Origin: Verrucomicrobiota bacterium
GTDB lineage: Bacteria; Verrucomicrobiota; Verrucomicrobiia; Limisphaerales; CANJXF01
Direction of reading: 5' to 3'
NCBI GenBank assembly: GCA_038214755.1
Contig: JBBQRQ010000002.1
Coordinates: forward strand, 1 to 64,000
Length of the DNA: 64,000 nucleotides
Part shown: piece by piece, positions 27,558-35,024 of the stretch
Layout: the number at the start of each line of letters is the position of its first letter
Numbering within the stretch: position 1 is the first letter of the stretch
Notes under the pieces: generated by a model
Told to the model about the DNA's origin: nothing
The model's database searches: none
What the model saw: the letters and a program-made list of their open reading frames with translations, nothing else
Made by a program: the position numbers and the translations under genes

Positions 27558-28315
27558 ATTTTTTTCGCGGTTGCGGCAACGCAAGCGCTGACAAAACTTT
27601 TAAATAATTGCCCAAACTCCTGGAACCGATCCGCCAGCCGTTCCGGGTGAAATTGCACCGCTAATAAATACGGCAACAAGCCGGGTCTTTTCAACTCCAT
27701 TGCTTCGATAATCCCGTCGGAACTTTGGGCCGTGACTCGCAACGGCCCGGCCACGCGACCGACGGATTGATGATGCGTGCTGTTGACTCCCAGCGTGCGC
27801 GCGCCGGTGACTTTGGCCAAAATAGAATCCGCCGTCAATTTCACTTCATGCACTTTCTCGCCCTTCAAATCAGTGCGGCGATGATTCATGGCCGTGGGAA
27901 CTTGCGTGGGAATATCGACAATTAAATCTCCGCCGAGCGCGATATTCAAAAGCTGATGCCCCCGGCAAATGGCCAGCAGCGGTTTTTTTTGGCGGAAAAT
28001 TTCATCGATCATCATCAACTCCAAAGCATCCCGTTCCGGCTCGACTGGCCCGACGGTTTTCGCAAGCGCATCCGATAATTTTGGCGAATAAAGTTTCGGT
28101 TGCACGTCATCGCCGCCCGTCAACAAAACCCCATCGCTACGACGAACATATTCCGAAACCAATTCCTTCGACCCAGTGCAGGGAATGATGACAGGAACGC
28201 CGCCTGCGTCGATGATCGCTTGAGTGTAACGATTGGAGAGGCTGATGGACGCGTCGGCGAATTCCGCGCCCTGCCGTTGCGTGCTGGGGGAAACTAGAAT
28301 CAAGGGCCTGTTCAT
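27554..28315 (-). CDS. Gamma-glutamyl-gamma-aminobutyrate hydrolase family (peptidase C26)
   Basis: LLTGGDDV.P..Y, AICRGHQLLN, VNSTHHQ, VQFHPE. Confidence 0.92.
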   Translation of the reverse strand: MNRPLILVSPSTQRQGAEFADASISLSNRYTQAIIDAGGVPVIIPCTGSKELVSEYVRRSDGVLLTGGDDVQPKLYSPKLSDALAKTVGPVEPERDALELMMIDEIFRQKKPLLAICRGHQLLNIALGGDLIVDIPTQVPTAMNHRRTDLKGEKVHEVKLTADSILAKVTGARTLGVNSTHHQSVGRVAGPLRVTAQSSDGIIEAMELKRPGLLPYLLAVQFHPERLADRFQEFGQLFKSFVSACVAATAKKI

Positions 28316-28317
28316 AA

Positions 28318-28373
28318 AATGACGAATGACGAATGACGAATGACGAAAGAATGACTAAATCCCAATGACGAAT
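28318..28373 (+). repeat. Left inverted-repeat arm built of AATGACG heptamers
   Basis: (aatgacg)4 aaag aatgact aaatccc aatgacg aat. Confidence 0.9.
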
Positions 28374-28746
28374 TCATTTTCTCCAGATTGCGGCAAAGAT
28401 CAAATGAAGCTCCTTGGCCTCCTGCCAGAGGATGCGCGCTGCTCCTTTTTCCCCGGGTTCAGCGGTCGCGATCATTCGCAACCAATATTTCGTTTCACGG
28501 GCTTCCTTCTTACAAGTCCCAATTTTATGACGAAGCTCTTTCTTCGAAACGGCGTCATCTGCTTCGCAATAATTGGCGCCAACACTTGTGCCTGCTCGAA
28601 CGATTTGTCCGATCAAGGGAATATTGACCGGGTTCAGTGGAATTTCTTTTGCGAAGCTGATTATCTTCTCTCCAAAACCAGCCGTCCTTTTCCTCCAAAT
28701 CGTATTTCGGCTTTTCTGGGTCAGGAAGGTTATCGCCATTCGTCAT
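28374..28746 (-). pseudogene. Four-helix-bundle protein (TIGR02436 / 23S-IVS / Avd-like), one extra base near 28690
   Basis: QIVRAGTSVGANYCEA...S.KE.RHKI..CKKEARETKYWL...EAKEL..IF; the native N-terminus KYDLEE-RTAGF needs one A removed from gaaaagg. Confidence 0.85.
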
Positions 28747-28786
28747 TAGGAATTCGTCATTCTTTCGTCATTCGTCATTCGTCATT
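28738..28786 (-). repeat. Right inverted-repeat arm of AATGACG heptamers
   Basis: Reverse complement (aatgacg)3 aaag aatgacg aattcct aatgacg aat, collinear with the left arm. Confidence 0.9.
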
Positions 28787-29050
28787 TCCCCAATCAGGAA
28801 ATCTTTCTCGAATCGCTTTCTTAATCCGGTCCTCTTCTTCCGGACGCAAGAGTCTCCGATTGATCCGCCTCTGGGCCGAGTCGAGCAACTCCAGCCAATC
28901 TTCCAAGGGCGGATTTTTTATCGACTCCCATTGGTCGTAACGTTTTCCGCGACTAAAAAACTTCCACTGATCTCCGACGTGCTGCGCATAGACCTGAATT
29001 TTCTCTCCATCGCCGGTCGTGCGCCGCCAACTGATTTCTGCTTTGGCCAT
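28775..29050 (-). CDS. Hypothetical protein
   Basis: MAKAEISWRR...PPLEDWLELLD..RR; directly follows ispF; stop lies in the repeat arm. Confidence 0.7.
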   Translation of the reverse strand: MAKAEISWRRTTGDGEKIQVYAQHVGDQWKFFSRGKRYDQWESIKNPPLEDWLELLDSAQRRINRRLLRPEEEDRIKKAIRERFPDWGNDE

Positions 29051-29051
29051 T

Positions 29052-29534
29052 TTATTTTTCCGGCAAATCCACGCACGCCACCGCCATCGCGGCGATGCCT
29101 TCGCCCCGGCCAATGGATCCCAAACCTTCATTAGTCGTGGCCTTGATTCCGATTCGAGTGGGATTGATTCCGAGCGCCTGGGCGATGCCAATTTTCATCT
29201 CATGCACGTGGGGCATCAGCTTGGGTTCCTCGGCGATGATCGTTGCGTCCACGTTGATGATTTTTCCCTCCCGGAAACCGACCTGTCGCGCGGCCTCCTG
29301 CAAAAATGTTTTGCTCGCCGCTCCACGCCAGCGCGGGTCCGTGTTGGGAAAAAATTTGCCGATATCGCCTTCGCCCATCGCGCCAAAAATCGCGTCGCAA
29401 ATGGCGTGCATCAAAACGTCGGCATCGGAATGTCCCTCCAAACCTTTGCTGTGCGGAATTTCCACCCCGCCAAGAATAAGTTTTCGGTCAGCCACCAACG
29501 GGTGAATATCGTAACCAATTCCAACGTGAATCAT
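29052..29534 (-). CDS. ispF: 2-C-methyl-D-erythritol 2,4-cyclodiphosphate synthase
   Basis: GIGYDIH, GHSDADVLMHA, DIG..FP, KATTNEGLG..GRGEGIAA. Confidence 0.96.
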   Translation of the reverse strand: MIHVGIGYDIHPLVADRKLILGGVEIPHSKGLEGHSDADVLMHAICDAIFGAMGEGDIGKFFPNTDPRWRGAASKTFLQEAARQVGFREGKIINVDATIIAEEPKLMPHVHEMKIGIAQALGINPTRIGIKATTNEGLGSIGRGEGIAAMAVACVDLPEK

Positions 29535-29739
29535 CGCCGAGAAATTACCGTCAGCGGCGTGACGATACCAAGCAATTTCGTTTTGGCGTAGAGAGGATTG
29601 ACCCCGCACTAAAAAATATCGATGGCTTGAATGAGAGCGATGGGGAGCTTTTGGCGGGAAGGTGCAAGAAGGCGGAGACTCATTGAAGACCTGCTCGTCA
29701 CGCCTTGGGAGGGGGCGTTCTCCTTTCCGGGGTTCTGAT

Positions 29740-30429
29740 TTAAGGATTGTTGTTGATCAAATTCGTCGAGCGCCACCGGACGGCGCTAAAGGGCCCAGCC
29801 TGGCCAGGGTAGTAGATCCACGTGCCCGTGTAAGTATTGGGCCAAAGGGTGCCGCTTAACTGGATGTTGTAGTCGATAATGTTCGTCGGCCACCAGATAT
29901 ACATATCGGCATATCCAACATTCAAGCTACCACCCAAGGAACCTGTGCCGATTTGGGGGCCAAGCCACCCAAGCTGATTTGTCGCTGGCCCGGCGTACTG
30001 AAGATTCCACGACCCATGAATTCCATAAACAGGATTGGCAGGATTGGTTGACAGAACAGTTGTCGAAGAGATGTTCAGATGCCCCGTGATGACGAGCGTC
30101 CCTTGGGCATCGTAGCCGTGATAATCCCACACGCCGATCGGATCGGGCGGAATCCACGCGACTCGGTAGAACATCGGGGAGTTTGAAAGCGGCACCTGAG
30201 CCGTGACGCGGTTGGTGTTCGCTAAAATCAAATTCAAATTCGTCAGGTCGGCGAACGGCTTCCACAGACCGGTCACTGAATCCCTCGACTCAACGCGATA
30301 CGCGCCGACTCTCGCGAAATTGGTGAAGGTGAGTTGGCCGCCGGAATTGAAGGAGGTAATGCGCAATTGCGCGAAGGCTGCCGCCCCAAGAAGCACCGCA
30401 GCCGCCACCAGAACGAATCTCTTTTTCAT
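29740..30429 (-). CDS. Secreted hypothetical protein
   Basis: Signal peptide; YRVES...W...MFYRV beta-sandwich-like segment; Asn/Thr/Trp rich. Confidence 0.7.
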   Translation of the reverse strand: MKKRFVLVAAAVLLGAAAFAQLRITSFNSGGQLTFTNFARVGAYRVESRDSVTGLWKPFADLTNLNLILANTNRVTAQVPLSNSPMFYRVAWIPPDPIGVWDYHGYDAQGTLVITGHLNISSTTVLSTNPANPVYGIHGSWNLQYAGPATNQLGWLGPQIGTGSLGGSLNVGYADMYIWWPTNIIDYNIQLSGTLWPNTYTGTWIYYPGQAGPFSAVRWRSTNLINNNP

Positions 30430-30499
30430 ACTGCTCGGGTTGTTACGACATCGCGCATCATGGGCGCGCCGCAGACAAATGGAAGAATAAATTCAAAAT

Positions 30500-30596
30500 G
30501 TAGTGGGGCAGGCTTCCAGCCTGTCTAAGCGGGCATCCTGCCCGCGAATGCTGGGGCTGGAAGCCCAGATGGCAGACAAGATGTCTGCCCCACTAC
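30500..30596. repeat. GTAG REP doublet (GTAGTGGGGCA family)
   Basis: gtagtggggcaggcttccagcctg ... cagacaagatgtctgccccactac; sibling at 50851-50940. Confidence 0.8.
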
Positions 30597-30707
30597 TTTG
30601 GTGGTGGTGTCAAGCTGCGCTCCCGCCACCGCAATCTTCGTTTTGCCACGGACGATGAGGAATTTTTCTGAAACTGTTTGGAGTGTGACAGCGTCATTTC
30701 AACAAAC

Positions 30708-32045
30708 ATGAAATTATTTTCGCGCCTCTTTGTTTCGTCGCTGCTGGTCAGCTTTTGTTGGACCGATTTCCTTATTCCGCAATCTTCCGCCGCGGAAAAA
30801 CAAAAACCGAACATCATTTTTATTCTGGCCGATGATCTCGGTTACGCCGACGTGGGCTGCTATGGACAGAAACTCATCAAGACGCCGAACATCGACGCGC
30901 TCGCCAAACAAGGAACGCGCTTCACGCAGTTCTACGCGGGCAGCACCGTTTGCGCGCCATCGCGCTGCGCATTGATGACTGGCTTTCACACCGGGCACGG
31001 TCGCATTCGCGGCAACGGAAAAAAGATTGAAGGCAGCACCCTCCAATCGGATGACGTCACGGTCGCGAGAATTTTGCAGCAAGCCGGATACACGACGGGC
31101 TTGATCGGCAAGTGGGGATTGGGAAACGAAAACACCAGCGGCGAACCGAAGCAGCAAGGTTTTGATTATTCGTTCGGCTACCTCGACCAAACGCACGCTC
31201 ACGAATATTGGACCGATCATTTGTTTCGCAACGGAGAGCGTGTTGAAATTCCTCCGAAAACTTATTCGCACGATTTGTTCGCGCAGGAAGCGTTGGACTT
31301 CGTCAAGCGCGAACACGAAAAACCATTCTTCCTTTATCTCGCGTTCACCATTCCCCATGCGAATTTCGATCCGCCCAGCGACGCCCCGTATTCGAAGGAG
31401 AAATGGCCGCAACCGGAAAAAAATATCGCCGCCATGGTGACGCGGATGGACAAGGACATCGGAAAACTAATGGCGCTGTTGCGAGAATTGAATCTGGAAA
31501 ATGACACGGTCATATTTTTCACGAGCGACAACGGCCCGCGCGAACAAGGCGCGAAATTTTTTAACAGCGCCGGGCCGTTGCGCGGAATCAAACGCGATCT
31601 TTACGAAGGCGGCATCCGCGTGCCGATGATCGTGCGCTGGCCGGGAAAAATAAAAGCGGATTCCATCAACCAACACGTCGGGGCCTTCTGGGATTTTCTC
31701 CCCACTGCTGCTGAAATCACCGGAGCAGACGCGCCAAAAAACATCGATGGAATTTCCCTGCTGCCGGCGCTGTTGGGCAAACCGCAAAAGAGCCGCGATC
31801 TGCTTTATTGGGAATTTTTTGAACGCGGCTTTCAACAAGCTATTCACATGGGCGATTGGAAAGCCCTGCGCCTCGCGCCTGGAAAAATCGAGCTCTACAA
31901 TTTGAAAACGGATTTGGGCGAACAGCAAGACCTGGCCGACCAGAATCCAGACCAAGTAAAAAAATTTGAAACGCTGTTTCAAACCGCTCGCACCGATTCC
32001 AAAGAGTGGCCAGTGAATTTTCAGAAGAAGAAAAAGAAAAAATAA
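30708..32045 (+). CDS. Arylsulfatase (Cys-type)
   Basis: PNIIFILADDLG, CAPSRCALMTG, GKWGLG, SDNG, KRDLYEGGIRVP. Confidence 0.95.
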   Translation: MKLFSRLFVSSLLVSFCWTDFLIPQSSAAEKQKPNIIFILADDLGYADVGCYGQKLIKTPNIDALAKQGTRFTQFYAGSTVCAPSRCALMTGFHTGHGRIRGNGKKIEGSTLQSDDVTVARILQQAGYTTGLIGKWGLGNENTSGEPKQQGFDYSFGYLDQTHAHEYWTDHLFRNGERVEIPPKTYSHDLFAQEALDFVKREHEKPFFLYLAFTIPHANFDPPSDAPYSKEKWPQPEKNIAAMVTRMDKDIGKLMALLRELNLENDTVIFFTSDNGPREQGAKFFNSAGPLRGIKRDLYEGGIRVPMIVRWPGKIKADSINQHVGAFWDFLPTAAEITGADAPKNIDGISLLPALLGKPQKSRDLLYWEFFERGFQQAIHMGDWKALRLAPGKIELYNLKTDLGEQQDLADQNPDQVKKFETLFQTARTDSKEWPVNFQKKKKKK

Positions 32046-32091
32046 TTCGCTTTTTTTTTGGGAAAAATTTCTTCCGGCGATTGGATGTCGG

Positions 32092-32227
32092 CGTAGCGCA
32101 GATTTCCAACCTGCTCTAACGTCGCGCTTCCAGCCTGCATCGGGTGGAATATCTTGGATTCAGAGGTGATTACACACCCGGCCGACTGGAAATCTTCGTT
32201 ACAGCAGATTGGAAAACCTGCGCTACG
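32092..32227. repeat. GTAG REP doublet
   Basis: cgtagcgcagatttccaacctgct ... agcagattggaaaacctgcgctacg. Confidence 0.8.
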
Positions 32228-32302
32228 AGTATCGTGACCGCTACTTGAAATCGCCTCTTGTCGGAACTTTACCACCTCAAACTATTTGTTAGCATCGCGG
32301 CC

Positions 32303-32917
32303 ATGCATTCAAAAGTCCATCGGGTCCGCCGCGCCACGACCGACGACGTGCCGGGATTGATTGCTCTCTGGAAATCCGCGCATCTGCCCGCCGACGAACT
32401 GGACAAACGTTTTACTGAATTTCAAATCGTCGAAACCGCTGATGGAAAATTGTTGGGCGCGATTGGCCTGCAAATTGTTGGCGCGGAAGGGAAAATTCAT
32501 AGCGAAGCCTACTCTGATTTCGGATTGACTGATCAATTGCGCCCCTTGCTTTGGGAACGACTTCTCAATGTCGCGACCAACCACGGATTATTTCGATTGT
32601 GGACAAATGAATCGGCGCCGTTTTGGAAAAAAGATTGCGGATTCATCTCTCCGCCGGTCGAAGCGCTCGCGAAATTGCCGCCGCAATTTGGAAAAGCCGC
32701 CGCGATGTTGCAACTCAAGGAAGACCGCGCCGCGCCCGCCGCGCTCGAAGCGGAATTCGCGCGCTTCAGAGCAGAAGAAGGCGCTCGTTCCCAAAAAATG
32801 TTTCGGCAAGCGCGCCTTTTCAAAGGCCTCGCCTGGGGTCTGTCGGTCCTGCTGTTTATTTTTGTGGCGATTGGCGTTGTTTATTTGTTGCGAGCGCGAT
32901 CGACTTTGCCGCATTAA
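32303..32917 (+). CDS. GNAT-like protein with C-terminal TM helix
   Basis: VRRATTDDV..L..L, G.IGL, FWKKDCGF; hydrophobic tail. Confidence 0.6.
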   Translation: MHSKVHRVRRATTDDVPGLIALWKSAHLPADELDKRFTEFQIVETADGKLLGAIGLQIVGAEGKIHSEAYSDFGLTDQLRPLLWERLLNVATNHGLFRLWTNESAPFWKKDCGFISPPVEALAKLPPQFGKAAAMLQLKEDRAAPAALEAEFARFRAEEGARSQKMFRQARLFKGLAWGLSVLLFIFVAIGVVYLLRARSTLPH

Positions 32918-33009
32918 AATTTTGTTCACGCCAGTAATTCTTTCACAAGTGCCCAGCATTTTTTCGTGACTTGTTTGCACAGAACGCAGGGACTACGATA
33001 AAATCGGCA

Positions 33010-33237
33010 ATGAAGAAACAAATTGCAGTTCGCCCACAAATTCATTTCGGCAAGCCGTGTGTCGCAGGCACGCGCATCCCGGTGCAGGATGTGTTGGAAC
33101 TTGTGCAGGAAGGACTGTCCTTCGCGGAGATCACGAAAGATTATTATCCTGATCTGACAGCGGATGACATCCGAGGCTGTATTCAATTCGCTCGGGAAGT
33201 CATCGCCGCGGAAGACCTCCATGTCGCTGCGTCGTGA
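33010..33237 (+). CDS. DUF433 antitoxin
   Basis: GKPCVAGTRIPVQDVLE...G.S..EI...YPDLT..DI. Confidence 0.92.
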   Translation: MKKQIAVRPQIHFGKPCVAGTRIPVQDVLELVQEGLSFAEITKDYYPDLTADDIRGCIQFAREVIAAEDLHVAAS

Positions 33238-33608
33238 GGTTTCTTCTCGATCAAGATGTCTATGCCGTGACGGCGCGGCATCTTCAAAAACTCGGCCACG
33301 ACGTTGTCACCGCCAAGTCCTTGGGGATGTCGCAAGCAGACGATGCTGACTTATTGACAACAGCCGGCGTGGAATTGCGCATCGTCGTCTCTCGAGATCG
33401 CGATTTTGGCGGATTGGTTTTTGTGGAAAGAAAGGGAAGCGGCGTGATTTATCTTCGCATCAGACCTGCGACGGTGCATGCGGTTCATGCGGAATTGGAA
33501 AATGTCTTGCGGCGCTATTCGGAAGACCAATTGAGGAAAGCTTTTGTTGTAGTTGAACCTGGACGCCATCGTTTCCGCCAACCGCCTGAGGCGAATTTAC
33601 GCCAGTAA
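33234..33608 (+). CDS. DUF5615 PIN-like toxin
   Basis: MRFLLDQDV...LGHDV...DD...RIVVSRDRDFG. Confidence 0.9.
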   Translation: MRFLLDQDVYAVTARHLQKLGHDVVTAKSLGMSQADDADLLTTAGVELRIVVSRDRDFGGLVFVERKGSGVIYLRIRPATVHAVHAELENVLRRYSEDQLRKAFVVVEPGRHRFRQPPEANLRQ

Positions 33609-35021
33609 TTCTTTGATCACCGTTCCACCCACCTGACTCAATTGTTTAAATCGCCCGGCGTGAAAATAATTCAGCTTGTTGTCATCGAGGCCGAGCAAAT
33701 GCAGAATCGTGCAGTGAACATCTTTGAGCGGATGCACCACTTCAACGGCTTCGTTGCCAAGTTCATCCGTCGCGCCGATGACTTGTCCGGCTTTCACGCC
33801 GCCACCCGCGAACCAGAGCGTCATCGCTTTCGCGTTGTGGTCGCGACCGAATTGCACACTGCCGCTGCGAATTCCGTTGTCGGGTGAGCGGCCAAATTCT
33901 CCGCCCCAAATCACGAGCGTGCTGTCGAGTAATCCGCGACGTTTCAAATCTTTCAGCAAACCGGCGATTGGTTTGTCCACGGCGCGAATCCGGGCACTGT
34001 GCGCGCGTTCGATGAAATCATGCGAATCCCAACCGCCGGAATAAACCTGCACAAAACGCACGCCTTGTTCGACCAGTCGCCGCGCCAGCAAACAGCGACG
34101 GCCAAAATCGTCGGTGTCTTTTTCGCCGACGCCGTAAAGCGATTTCGTTTCGTCGTTTTCCTTTTTCAAATCGATGATGCCGGGAATCTCGCTCTGCATT
34201 CGGAACGCGAGTTCGTAGGAATCGAGTCGTGCGGGCAACTCCTCGTGGCCGGGATATTTTTGCTGATGCAAACGATTCAGTTCCGCCATCAAATCCAAAT
34301 TCTTCCGCTGCTCATCGCGCGTGACTCCGGCGGGCGGATTCAAATCGAGAATCGGCGAACCGGTCGGACGCAATGGCGTTCCTTGAAAATGCGCGGGCAG
34401 AAAACCGTTCGACCAATTGGCCGAGCCACCTTGCGGATAAGCCGATTCGGGCAAGACAACGAACGCCGGAAGATTTTCATTCACCGTTCCCAAACCGTAA
34501 GTCGCCCACGCGCCCATCGCCGGATCGCCGCCGAATTGATTTCCCGTGTTGAGATGATAGAGCGCCGTCGGATGATTGACGCTTTGGGCAACGGCGCCTT
34601 TGTATATGCAAAGATCATCCACACATTCCGCGAGATGAGAAAAATTTTCGCAAATGTCGATGCCCGCTTTTCCTGCTCTGCGAAACTTAAACGGACTTTG
34701 CACGTAATAGCGTTTCCCACTGGACATCGCCGAAGCGAATTTGTCTTCCCGCACAAATTCCCTCATATGCATTTCCGCGAGTTTCGGTTTCGGATCAAAC
34801 GTGTCGATGTGACTCGGCCCGCCTTCCATCAAAAGAAAAATGCAGGATTTTACTTTTGTCGGAACCATCGGCTTCTTCGCCGCGAGCACGCCCGCGCGCG
34901 CTTGCTCCTGCGCCAGCAACGACGTAAACGCGAGTCCGCCCAAGCCATATCCAAGCCGATACATGAACGCGCGCCGATTGAGCGCCAACGCTTCACGATG
35001 AGAAAGCATGTGCGGGTTCAT
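33597..35021 (-). CDS. DUF1501 family protein (Tat signal)
   Basis: NRRAF, MEGGPSHIDTFDPKP, LARRLVEQGVRFVQ, WDSH, GEFGRSP, GRDH. Confidence 0.93.
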   Translation of the reverse strand: MNPHMLSHREALALNRRAFMYRLGYGLGGLAFTSLLAQEQARAGVLAAKKPMVPTKVKSCIFLLMEGGPSHIDTFDPKPKLAEMHMREFVREDKFASAMSSGKRYYVQSPFKFRRAGKAGIDICENFSHLAECVDDLCIYKGAVAQSVNHPTALYHLNTGNQFGGDPAMGAWATYGLGTVNENLPAFVVLPESAYPQGGSANWSNGFLPAHFQGTPLRPTGSPILDLNPPAGVTRDEQRKNLDLMAELNRLHQQKYPGHEELPARLDSYELAFRMQSEIPGIIDLKKENDETKSLYGVGEKDTDDFGRRCLLARRLVEQGVRFVQVYSGGWDSHDFIERAHSARIRAVDKPIAGLLKDLKRRGLLDSTLVIWGGEFGRSPDNGIRSGSVQFGRDHNAKAMTLWFAGGGVKAGQVIGATDELGNEAVEVVHPLKDVHCTILHLLGLDDNKLNYFHAGRFKQLSQVGGTVIKELLA

Positions 35022-35024
35022 GGC

